A DNA stretch of 64,000 nucleotides, taken from positions 620,001-684,000 of the forward strand of contig OY253668.1 of the NCBI GenBank assembly GCA_958009085.1. The letters are read 5' to 3'. The DNA comes from Protoeuglena noctilucae (taxonomy: Eukaryota). Every line of letters starts with the position of its first letter. The stretch's first letter is position 1. Of the stretch, positions 11,443 to 23,146 are shown piece by piece. The notes beneath the pieces are model-generated. The model saw only the letters and a list, made by a program, of their open reading frames with translations, was not told the DNA's origin and did not search any database. Position numbers and translations under genes: made by a program.

Positions 11443-13560
11443 CTATTGCCTGGGACGGCTGTCCCAGTTCTTGGCGAAGGTCTGGCTGACGAGCAGGGGG
11501 AAGAGAATGGTGGCGTCTCCGTACACCTTCGCCGGGGTCGCGTCCATTCGGATCTTGCCCCACGACACGGCTTCGTCCGGCCGGGCCCCCGAGTCTGCAA
11601 GGGCGGCAGGGGCGGTTGAAATGGGGCGCTCACGCAGGCATGCAGATCGCGGCGAGCGTTGCGTGCCGAGAGCCGACCGCAGCGGGGCACCTGATCCGTC
11701 CCATTCGGTGGCGGTGGAGATGACGGTGCAAAAGTCCGCGCCATTCCTCATGAGGTTCGCGTTGAAGATGTGGTGCTTGGGCAGGCCACCGCCGAGGATG
11801 AGGACCCCTGCGGAGACGCGACGGGGCCATGTGCCAAACGCAAGGACCGCCCAGCGACACGCGTGCACGGAGGCGCGACACGCGCAACAGGCATCCCCCG
11901 CCAGGGCACCTGTCTTGCGCGGGGAGGCCCGGACGGCGATGTCGTTGATCAAGCGGATGTCCTCGACGATGTCGACTCGCAAGTGGCTCCCCAGGCCCGT
12001 CTTGTACGTGTGGAAGTAGAGCATGTCCCCAATTGACCCGTCCGTCAGCGCAGGGCAGAACACGGGGATGTTGTTCTTGTAGCACCAGTAGTACACGCTG
12101 TCCTCACTGTTGATCTCCTTGCCCAGCCTGACGGGCACCGGGGGAGGCCAGGTCAAGCCACGCGACCGCCGCATGTGGCACAGATGTGCGCCCCTCACGT
12201 GTGGGGTAGCACAGCACATCTCAAGCTGCAGAGTCTGAGCGGCGCTGCGGGGTCACTCGAGAGTGGCGGGCCCCGGCAGTGTGTGGTGACGTAAGCGTGA
12301 ATCGGGCGCCTCGCCTGTGGATGATCTTGGACGGCGTCCAGCTCACGCCCTGCTCGTCTTGCTCCTTGACCATCGCGTCCAGGATGGGCATCATCCAATC
12401 CTCGAACTTGCAGTAGTTGTCGTTCGGGAGGAGCAAGTTGCCGATGCGGTTGAGGCCCTGCCGTCAAACAAGGCAGGCGCTCGCAGCTCACAGGTGCCAC
12501 GGCTGCCACGACGCTAGACGCATATGGAGACGCACTGTGCTTACGCGCGTGGCTGCGTGAGCTATCTGGAAGCCAGTGCAACCTCCCTTACCTGGCCCCG
12601 AAGCTCCTTGCCGCTGAGCTGGAAGTCACCCAAGTACGTCGGGCCCAGAACTTTGATGAAGTCCTCCTCGATGCCCCCCGCCGTAGAGACAAACACGTCG
12701 ATCATTTTGTGCTTGGCCAGGAACCGCAAGGACTCGCGGACCCCTGCACAGCACGAAGCACGTTGGCGGTCCAGGCACGGCCCATTACGTGCTCGTCTGC
12801 GTCAACCCGACCCGCCAGGCTCACCCGAAGAGATAAGGTTGGAAGTGAAGCCGAGGAATATGCGGCAGCCAGTGCGCTCCCGGACGGCAGGGTCAGTGTA
12901 TGGGTCCTCCCACCCCGACTCGGGAGGCGCCTCGTCACTGAGCCTCCAATTGATCATCCGGTTCACCTCCCGCATCGCCTGCCCGAAAGACGTGGCCTGG
13001 TAGCCAGTCGTGTACATGGCCTCCAGGATGCCGTCCAGGTCACGCCCCTGCAAGCACAACGGCAGGCCCTGGCGGAACACGGCCCCCGCCGCACGCCGAG
13101 CCGTTCCAGGCGGCAGCAACCAGCATCGAGGCACATGCCGTGGCCGCACCTTGTCGAAGTCCCACCCCTTGACCTGCATCGCATCGCTGGCGACACCCTT
13201 CGACTTGACCAGCACGGCCTGGAAGCGACGGGAGGGGGAATGCAGCTCGTCAGCATTAACGTGCGGGTATTTGGACAGCAGCGACGCGTCTTCTTTGGGG
13301 CTCGTCCCAAGCCAGCGAGAACACACTCGCTTGCAAAGGCTGCGGCGGCCACTAACGCGCCGCGCGACGCTGGGGGGTCGCGCTGGTGATGGTCTCGCAT
13401 TTCGAATACGGACAGTGGTATGGAACAAGGGGATCACGCGGAATGGGCGAGTGCGGCGCCGAGGCAAGCGATAACTGCTGCGTTCTGCGCTGCCCTGCCG
13501 AACGGCCCCTGCCGCTGTCGGCGTCACCTGGGCCGAGACGGAAGGGACCTGCGATCCCAT
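11443..13560 (-). CDS. DHPS: Deoxyhypusine synthase
   Basis: Starts [17 protein letters not shown]. Motifs [63 protein letters not shown] and the catalytic-Lys motif EAVSWGKI. Includes GC-AG intron 12314-12128. Confidence 0.96.
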
Positions 13561-13766
13561 CTTAGCAGCGCCTACTCAACCGCCGTTCTTAACGAAGAGT
13601 TCACAGAGACGCAGACGGCGGTGTGCGCGATGTTCAGCTTTTGCCTGGCAGCCGGTGCTCCGGCGTCGCGCTGCCGAGATCACTTCACGTTCACAGGTCT
13701 TGTCAAAGTCGGGAGAGGGCATCTACGCTGACATGGCGACGGTATGACCCGTGCAGCACACAGCCA

Positions 13767-16700
13767 TCAATACGCCGACGATCCCTCATTGTCCCCTTCC
13801 GCAACCGTAAACTGCGGGCAAGGAGGTAGCATGGTGCGAAAAGCGGCCCCCCACCATGCTTCAAACGTCGCCAACAGCCCAACACATGCCAGGTCCCGGC
13901 ACGCAAGCGTCGCGCAAGCATCTCACCTTGGTGACTTCGTGCCTCTGAGCGCCATGTGGCACGTCCTCCGAGGACCCCAGAATGTGCTTGATGCTCGGAG
14001 CCTTGAGGATCCGCGGCTTGAGCACAGCCGGCTGCATATCAAGCAAGCGGGGCGCAACGTCCGATTGCAAGCCCTGCATGTCCCCGCACTCCAGCATCGC
14101 CGCTCGTCTCCTCACCTCGGCCTTCCGTGCCGGCGCCTGCCCCACGGAGATGGGGAACTTCCTCCGCGACCCTCCGCGGCCCGGCATGACGTCGTCCCCC
14201 GGCAGCGAGATGCGGACCTGACTGCCTTCCTCCCGCGTGCCCGAGTGCTCCAGAGAGAGCCGGGTGTCCTCCGCTTGCGGCAGGTACGTCTGGTCCGGCC
14301 TGCGGGAGGCAAACGACTCCCACGTCCTCTCTCGCGTCCACTCAATGTCGGCACGCTGCGCACTCGCGTCCACCTGGGTGCCGTCTGCCGGCATGCACGA
14401 CGCTCACCGGATGGCACTTCGCAGCATAAAGTCCTTCTTCTGCTTCAGCTTCTGCCGCTCCTTCATGCTCAGCTCGCTCCGGTCCTTCTTGTACTGCTTG
14501 CTCGCCATGTCCAGCTTGTGCTGCTCGATCATGCGGTTGTACACCACCGCCTCCGCCTGCTCCTTGTCCCTCATGTTCTGGCGCTCTATCTCCTCCTGCT
14601 CCCGGCGAATCTCCCACACGAAGCCCTCCGTGTTCTGCGCGAGCGGGGCGATGCGTCGGGGTGGCGCTGAGGGCGGCAGCGCTCATTCTGCCTCAGCTGC
14701 AACGTCGGCAGTGGCACTGCACCTGGATGGCCAGGTCCATGCGCTCCTGGTCGGGCGACGTGGGCTCGAAGCCAGCGCCCTCCAGCTCGGCCTGCGGGGG
14801 CCGAGGGCCATGCGAGCTCGCCGCACGCGCACGCTTGAAAAACACCATGCCGTGGAGCGCCCGTGTCCCGCCCTCGCCTGTATGTCCGACCAGATCTCCC
14901 CCTGCTTAAGCTTGACGAAACCCTTCACCATGCTCAGCGTGACCTTATCCTCTGCTTCCAGATACCCCAGGGAGTCCCACCCCACTAGGCGCAGGCAGCA
15001 GTAGAGCTTCATGAGCAGGCTGTCCCCGTCGGCACCCCGACCAAACGCCTCCAGGAGCTCCAGCTTCTTCGGGTCGCGCAAAGAGTAGGTCAGTCGCGTC
15101 GGAGACACCCACGCGGTGCGGGCGCCCGTCCCAGCCAGCGGACGTGTCATGTCCGTGATGCCGGTGCCGGACCCGAACCCCCGCGACACCTCCTCCTCGC
15201 GCCACAGATCCAGGAGGACGTGCGCCGCGCACGCCCCGGTCCGCGAGCTGCGCCACTCGTGAAAGAACGCGTGGCTCTTGGGGTTGCCCAGCAGGTCGGC
15301 CAAGAAGCTGAGCGTCAGGGCCCGGAGGTGCAGGGCCCCGGCGTCGAGGAGGTCCAAGAGCGCGTCGACGCCGTCCGAGACGAGGAACTGCGCCGTGCTG
15401 CGGCGCGAGGGGCACACGCAGGCCCAGGCGGCCCCCAGCGCGGCGGCCGCCAGGGGCGACGGCAGCGTGGGGTCGCGGGTGCACGCGCGGGCCAGTTCGG
15501 CCTGGACCTGCGCGACGCCCCCGCCGGCGCGGAACTGCTCCACGAACACCGCGCCCCCCGCGCCGAGCAGCGAGAGTGAGACGTAGCACAGCGTCCTTGC
15601 CGCCTCGGGCCGCACCGAGTCGCTGGCCAGGACCAGGAGCAAGTCGACGGCGTCCCCCTGCGCGAGCGCCTCGAGGCACACGGCCTCCGCGGCCACGACC
15701 TTGAGCAGCGCGAGGCCCCGCTCCACGCCCCGGTCGTCGTCGCACTGCTGCAGGAAACGCAGCGTGGTCTCCACGCCGCGCGACGCCGCGAAGGCCTCCG
15801 CGCTGTGCGGGACGAGGAAGCGCAGGAGATTGAGCGCCTGGTCCCGACGATTCACGAACTGCCCGGGCTCGAGGCGGATTTGGCCCTGGACGTCCGAATC
15901 CGTGTCCACGTAGCTCAGCAGACACTCGAGCAGCCCGCCCTCCAGCACCAGCGCTCGAATGCGGTCGTCGTCGCAGAGTCTGCGGGCGCGGCGGGGCGGG
16001 CGGCACTCGCACGGGGCGTTCCGGTGGACCTCGCCAGGTGCGACCTGCCAGTGCCTGTGGCGTCCCCGGCGCCCCACGCACCGGAGTAAGGCGTTCCAAA
16101 CGAGCTCCCGGAGCTGCATGTCCAGGGGATCTGGCGTGCAAGTGTTCCTCCGGACAGCCTCGTCCAGCGGCCGCAGCTCGGGGCACACGGCCAGCTCCAG
16201 CAACACCGGCACCGCCCCTGCCTCGAGCACGGCGCCCCGGGCCGTCTCGCCGGCAGCCAGGAGCCATAAGAGCACCACCAACTCGTTCCGCATCTCCTTG
16301 TCCACGCCCCTGCGGGAACCGAACGGAGACATCGTCACTCTGCGTCCGCGTCTAGAGTGCTGCGGCCCCTCTGGCCCTTGCTGCCCCCAGTGACAGTCGC
16401 AGGTAGTCCGCCGCAACAAGCGCGCGAAGCAATGTAAGAGCAGCCCTCGCCTGCACCCCGTGCGGAGGATGTCTTGGAGCAGAGCCGTGAGACGCGTGCA
16501 CAGGGCGAGTGCGGCCGCGAGCTCCATATCCACGGCTACGGGGCTGCCCTCGAGAAGATTCCACAGCAACTCAATGCACTGATTGACGATCGGGTGCGCC
16601 ACGTCCGTCGGCAGGGCCTCTGCGGAGCACACTCGCAGCCTGACCCTCGCGGCGTCAATCCTCACAGCTACTCGGCTGCTACTCGGCAGCACGCGTCATG

Positions 16701-17517
16701 GCAGTATGACCAGGCCCGTCACGCCAGCGATGCGCCCTCGACGCGCGACGCGCACTCACCCGCGAGGACCGTCATGGCTCCCTGGGCCACGAGGGCGTCG
16801 CAGTTCTCGGCCGCATAGGAGAACTGCGTCATGGTCCCGACCAGGGCGCCCGTGAGGTGCACGTCACCGGCGCCGACGGCCATGGCGAGGCCCTGCACGA
16901 CGGCGGGCACGGCATCGGACCGGGCGATGAGGCGCTGGTTGTTGAGGAAGGCCCGCACCCCCTCGTCGTCGTCGATCTCCGCCTCCGTCACGGACGCCAG
17001 GCTCAACACGCTGGGCCGGTTGCCGTACGCCGAGGCGTGCTGCGCGAGCATGCGCGCGGCGGCGAGCTTGACGGGCGCCGGGACGTGCTCCTGGAAGCAT
17101 CGGCCCACGCTCGTGAACAGGGAGCTGACGAGGTTGCTGGCGCGGAACTCGTCCGCGGCGGACTTGCGCACGAAGGGCCGGCTCAGCGTCGCCAGGAAGT
17201 GGCAGAGGGGATCGACGAAGTCCGCCTGCCCCTCCTCCACCACCAGGCGCAGCGTCAAGTCGAACAGGCTCTCTGCCTTCCCCAGGTCCCGGATGGGCAT
17301 GCCCTCCGAGAACGCCGTGGATAGGCGGTCTGCGAGGGAAGGAGGCTCGGCGTCGCGGGCCGCTGGGGTCGCGCTGGGGGCAAGAGTGCGTCGCCGGCAG
17401 GGAAGCCGCACCGAGAGCATGGATGTGCCGTTCGATGAGCTCCTTGGAGTGTTCCGACGTGAACAGGTCGATGACCTTCTCCACCGTTATGGGCTTGGGG
17501 GCTTCCGTCGACGCCAT
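13767..17517 (-). CDS. CFAP69: Cilia- and flagella-associated protein 69 (ARM repeats)
   Basis: Starts MASTEAPKPITVEKVIDLFT..ERHIHAL. Motifs IELLWNLLE, KEMRNELVVL, LLDLWREEE and FVKLKQGEIWSDI, then a C-terminal coiled coil. GC donors at 16450 and 14877. The last exons are less certain. Confidence 0.85.
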
Positions 17518-18145
17518 GGCTGGCCGCGGGGAGGGGAAGGTCGGGGCCAGCCACGTGCCGGGGCCATCCACGGCGCGGAGGCGCCCTGAGGCCCGCAAGG
17601 GGCGCGCCTCGGCCACCTTATAATTCACTTCACCCTGCGAAGCCACGATAGGTTGCAGGTAATCCGGCGCGTGTTCGCACAGGTGCCGCATGTCACGAGC
17701 AATCCCAGCCGGAGTCGGGAGGGGGACCTCAGGGGCGGCATTTCAGCCCCGGAACCTATTCGTTGGCTCCTTATGGCGTTTCGCTGCTTTCTCACCCCAC
17801 CTGTCGTGCGCCAACGCTGGCCTGCTAGACGCCGGCCCAGAGAAACGTGCCGGGGGAGAAGTGCCTAAGCAGCTTGCGCACACGCATAAGATGACACCGT
17901 ATTGCGTTTCTGCCTACGCGTCCGGGCACGCTGGCGGGGAGCACTGAGCCAGTCCGGGTTACCCTTCGCATGAAAGCAGGCCATTTCCCCGTTCGTGTCC
18001 GCCACTGATGGCCAGTGGTCAGTTGAGCATTGCGTGTAACTATTCCAGGCCAGTCTGCCGAAGTCCCGGGCAGGGCAGGGTAGACGAGGTCGACCGCAGC
18101 GGACGAGCGCGCAGGAGAGGCGGGCATTGGGGCGCGCGCCGCGCG

Positions 18146-20263
18146 ATGGCGTCGCTGGGGACCGCGATGGAAGATGCGGCGTCATCCCAGGCGCAGCTGG
18201 TGTTCCAGCAGTTCATGCTGAAGATGAAGGACCCCCGTGCCCAGGCGCTGGTCACCAAGACCAAGGCGAGCCAAGCCGGCGCCTGACCGCCCTCGTTCGA
18301 GTTCCAAGTAAAACAAAGAGCATCCCTGGCCGCGTCTCGCTGCGCAGGAATTCATCAGTCGCTTCGGGGAGGGCCGCCCGCCTCCAGGGTCCCAGAGGGC
18401 GGACTGGGACAGGCAGAAGATGCAGGGCTTTCTCGCGTGGATGGAAGGGGCGTTCAAGCAGAGCCCCGTGTGGCGAGGATGCAGTGAAGCCGAGCTCGAG
18501 CAGTCCGCCGAGGGTATCGAGGTGAGCAGGGCTGCCTCGGAGTGCTCCCGCGGGTTGAGCCGGGCGCCAAGCATCGGTGCCTCGTGAGCGCAGAAGTACG
18601 TCACGACCAAGCTCTACGACGTTCTCTTCGGCAACGACCCTCTGGACGGAGAGCGGGATGTCTTCATTCTCGCCAAGATGCAAGCCCTGGTGCGACGCGA
18701 TGCGGGCGGCCCTTCCGCGTGGAACGACGCAGCTACGTGCCAAATGGCGCCTGGCGCGGGTGCCGAGCCCCGCGTCGCGCGCCCCGCACGCAGAAGCAGG
18801 CGCTGCGGCCCGAGCATTTGGACATCCCCGAGGCAATGAGGGACGAGAACCAGCTGGCGCTCGCGCAGAAGGAGCTGCTGAAGATCGAGCAGTACAAGGC
18901 GCCCAGGGACAAGCTCGTGTGCATCCTCAACGCCTGCAAAGGTGGGGGCGAGGACGACGTCGGCACGCCCCTCGCTCCGTATGCTAACTTGCACCTCAGG
19001 GTCTCGCTCCGTGGTCCGCCGCAGTCGTGAGCGATCTCTGCGCGCGGGCGAACGGCCGGGGAGCGGATGATCTGATGCCGCTCCTCTCGTACGTCACGAT
19101 GAAGGGCGCGCCGCAACACCTCTTCGCCAACCTCAGCTTCATCCAGCGCTTCCGTGCAGAGCGCCGGCTCGCTTTTGGAGAGGCTTCGTACTACTTCTCC
19201 ACGATGTGGTGGGTGGCTTGCTGGTGGCGGGTCGCTGCACCTCCCACCTCGTGTCGCTTGCGGAAGTTGCCTCAGATGTCCAAGCTCCACTCTCCCACTG
19301 CGCTCTCCGCAGCGCCGTGGCTTCGTTCGTCGAGACGCTGAACGCCGAGCAGCTCTCAATGCCGCGGGAGCAGTTCGTCCAGATCATGCAGCAGGCAGGG
19401 CTGGCGGAGGACGCCAACGCGGAGCCGGCGGCCGCGACAGACGGGGCGTTGGTCGAGGCCAACCTCCTGGGCCTCGCGACGCCGCCGTCGGACTCGTCGG
19501 GGCTCCCCTGGGACGCGCGGGACGGTGGCGCGGGGGAGGGCGTCGCAGGCGCATCTGCTGGGGGCGCCACACGTGGCCCGGCGGAGGAGGCGGCGCAGGG
19601 AGCGGCCGGCGCCGCTCCGGTCCGCGAGGACGGGGTGGATGCCCGGCGCACCCCAGCTGGGGAGCCGCCGACTGGGCCTGGGGGCAGGAGACCCGGGCTG
19701 GGGGTCACGGCGGACGAGCAGGGGCGGACAACGGCGGGGCGCGAGCCTCCAGGACCCCCGCCGCCGTCCCTGGCTGAGCTTGAGGTGCGGCTGCCTGCTC
19801 GAGGGGCCAAGCAGGACCCCGTGAGCCATGCGACGGCCAGACAGTTGCGACTGCGGGTGCGACGTGCGTGACGGTGGAACGTGCGTGGGCTGCTTTCCAT
19901 CGCAGGAGGAGGGCGTGCGCCTGGTTTTGCAAGCGGAGCAAGCGGGGGCTCTGCGCACCCACCGTTTCCTGTACAGCGCCGTGGATGACGTCACCGTGGG
20001 GGACGTGAGGGAGCTCCTGGCCCTGTACAAGGTGAGAGAGACCGTAAGGCATGCTCGCCAGCCTAGTGCTGTCAAAGCGACTCGTGAGGCCTGCTGTGAT
20101 CACGTGTGACTGTGAAGATGCGATCTGCAAGGGCTGACGAGAACAACGTTGCTCCACCGTTGCGCCTGTGCAGGGTCTGGTAATTCGGCACGAGGCGCTG
20201 TGCCGGGCGGTCCAGAGGCGCAGTGAGGCATACGCACGGGAGGCATCGGGAGGGGCCACATAG
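18146..20263 (+). CDS. VPS9: VPS9-domain Rab5 GEF (VPS9a-like)
   Basis: Motifs FQQFMLKMKDP, EGIEKYVTTKLY, ELLKIEQYKAPRDKLVCILNACK, GADDLMP and GEASYY, with C-terminal FLY..VDDVTVGDVRELLALYK. First intron 18266-18347 is GC-AG. Confidence 0.93.
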
Positions 20264-20482
20264 ATGTGTACGTTGAGGCTAGCCTCTTGTTTCCTCCGGC
20301 AGCTGGCTTGCTCTTGATAAGGGTCCATGTCAAGTATCGATCACGAATGGCCGGAGGCTAGGCGCTGCCTAGGACGAAAAGGACTGTAGAAGACTCTGGG
20401 ACAAGGATAGGAAAGCTTGGGGCTGACGAAGGAAAAACCTGCCGAGTGCGCTCGAACGGCCTACCGCGCGGCTAGGGACGTG

Positions 20483-22532
20483 CTAGGACGACGCCGGCGT
20501 CGTCCCGTCCTGCGGCAGGGGTGGCGGCGGCGGCTCCACGCCCGACCCCTCCTCCCCCACCGCCGCGCTCGCGGGAGCCAGCCGCGCGTCCACCCCGCCC
20601 CCACTCTCGCTCGGCCCGGCCACGGCCGGCACGACCGCCAGCTCCACGGCCGCCGCGCTGGCCGTCCCGTCCGCCGTGCTCGGCCCCGAGTCGCCGCCCC
20701 GGTGCTCGTCGGGCGCGGCGGCCAGGAGGGTCGCGCGCGACATGCCCCCCGCGATCCCCGGCGCCCCCGGCCCCTCCAGTCCCATTCCGTTGAGCGTGCG
20801 TTTGGCCCCCGGCTTGTCGCCCTTGCGCCCCAGCTTCTCCTTGGTCAGCTCCAGCACGCCCATCGACACGGGCCCCGCCGTGGACGTGGACGCCCCCGCA
20901 AACAGCGACGTGGCCTGCGAGGGGTTCCTCGCGCCCCATTCGACGTCCTCCGGAATCGCGTCGGACCGGACCTGGTGTCCGAGGAGCGCGGCGTTGGCGC
21001 GCCTCTGCCCCCCGACCGTGACGAACGTGCGCACGCGGTGGATCTTCTTGTGCCCGTCCGTGGAGTAGAGCACGTAGTCCTGGTAGGAGGGCGCGAAGTT
21101 GTGCACCGTGTCCGTGACCAGGTCCTGGACGCTCACGGCGTGGCCGACGTTGGCGAGGGCCTTGATGATGGGCGCGCCCTTGACGCCCGGCACCGTGTAG
21201 TCGCTGTAGGGGAAGGCGAACCACATGCCGACGACCGCGAAGGCCATCTCGATGCAGATGAGCAGGTTCTCGATGTCGGACTTGAGCGACGCGCTCTTCA
21301 GGAACCCCATGCTCTCCTGCGGGGCGGTGATGGGTGCGACGGGTGCGACGGGGGCAGACGAACAACCGGCGCTCTTCGTCGCAAAGGGCGCTGCAGCTGA
21401 GCTCGTAGCCACCCGACACGGGGCCATGCCGGGTGGCGAGCGCGTGTGCCAACCCCGCACCAGCATGCTGAAGATGATCTCCTGCCAGAAGGACAGGAAG
21501 ATGACCAGCTTGATCATGACGAACTTCAGGAAGGGCTTGAAGTCGTGGAGCACGTCGTGGGTCCCGAAGTAGAACATGGCGAGCGAGTAGAGCGCAACTG
21601 CGGGCAGGGGGGCGGGCAGCGGATCGGTCCGGTCCAAGCCAGGGAGCCCGGGGCAGAGCGGCGCGGGGGGGCACGCGGACGCACGTGTGTACGAGATGTT
21701 GTAGATGATGACGACCCAGAAGTGCGCGTAGTGGGGGCTCATGGACTCTCCGCCGTACGTGCCCTGGGACACCATGATGAGCTGGACCAGAGCCATCGCG
21801 GGCTTGATCCAGACGAACTGGATGACGCCGCGCTTGACCCAGAGGAGGAACCTGGAGCTCACGGCGACCTCGGACCCGCAGCAGCACGTGCAGGAGAAGA
21901 GGCTGGTGCGGAACGAGTGACCCTCGAGCTTGTTGACGAGGTGCCCGGGACCGCCCAGGTACTCGATGCACAGCTGCAGGAAGCAGTAGATGACGTACGC
22001 CTCGTAGCAGCTCCTGCGGGGGCATCCGGGGCGGGGAGGGTCCCGAACGACGCGCGCCCGGGGCTTCCGCGACGTTGGCGCCCCTGCCCGCGCCCACCTG
22101 ATCGTGATGACCCACTGCGCCTTGGTCGCGCTGATGAAGAGCGACGTCAGCGACGTGGACGAGTAGACGGGCACCATGAGGAGGATGCGGACGATCTGCC
22201 GCTGGAACACGGGCTCTGCGCGCAGAGGTGGCCACGAGCGGGATCGCGTAAGCGTCGCGGGACGCGTGGCGGAACGAAACATCGATGGCGTCTGGGAAAG
22301 GTGTTGGGGACGGGAGTCCGGCGGGTCGGCGAGCGCGAGGAGCGCGAGGGGCACGCCAAACGCCCTCGGGGGGGGGGGCGGGTCGCCCAGGCATCGCACC
22401 TGTGTAGTGCCGGAGGTGTTGCGTGACGTGCACGCATGCCATCAGGATCGTGAAGATGGAGCAGAGGATGGCCAAAGTGAGGAGGCCGCTAGGGAGGCCC
22501 TCGTTGGCGAGGACCTCGCTCTCGGACGTCAT
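20483..22532 (-). CDS. TMEM184/LAZ1 (organic solute transporter alpha family) membrane protein
   Basis: Motifs HLRHYTEPVFQRQIVRILLMVPVYS, RSCYEAYVIYCF, KRGVIQFVWIKP, KFVMIKLVIFLSFWQ, LICIEM and HNFAPSYQDYVL. Confidence 0.93.
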
Positions 22533-23146
22533 GACCCGCGGAGCCAGCCCGCTGCGGGCCGAGAGGCCCGTGACCACGCTCGATACGAGATGACGCAGCT
22601 GCAGCGGGTCTCGCGCCCCGTGTCTTTGCGTCGCGCGCGGTCCCGGTCCCCGCGCGACGGGCCCGCGGCGCGCAACGGCCCGCGAGACGCTCGGGTGCTT
22701 AGAAGGGAGAAAAAGAAGCGCTTCGGAACGACTGCGCCGGGGAAACGAGCAGGGCCGCGATCTCCACTAAGACCGGGAAGGCGCGTGACGTGTGAGTACC
22801 AAGTGATTGTAGAGATGGCAGCCTGAGTCCTTGGACCCCGCATATCGACCTGTGCCCTCGTTTCTGGCAAGAGGGCAACGTCCCCACAGCTGTCTGGCCG
22901 GCCAAAGTCGAATCTGCGGCCGGGAGGCGGGCGCTCGCGCATGCACGATGACTTCTCTACTTGTAATTATCCCGCGTGTAGTCTCCAAACGCTGCTCGCC
23001 TGCTCGTCTTGGCTTCCTCAGACCGGGCCGCGTCGTGGTCGCGGTCGTTTCTCGTCCTTTTGCGTTGCGATGATGCTTGCCATGCTATTGTGAGGGCGGA
23101 TAGGCAGCTGAGGGGCAGCGCTGGTCTCCTGCGTCGCGCGCCCGCT

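Noticed and set aside
17940..18030. Small RNA in the CFAP69/VPS9 spacer (short ccactg/cagtgg hairpin)
   Set aside because: No convincing C/D or H/ACA boxes or tRNA fold, and short stems are common at this GC content.
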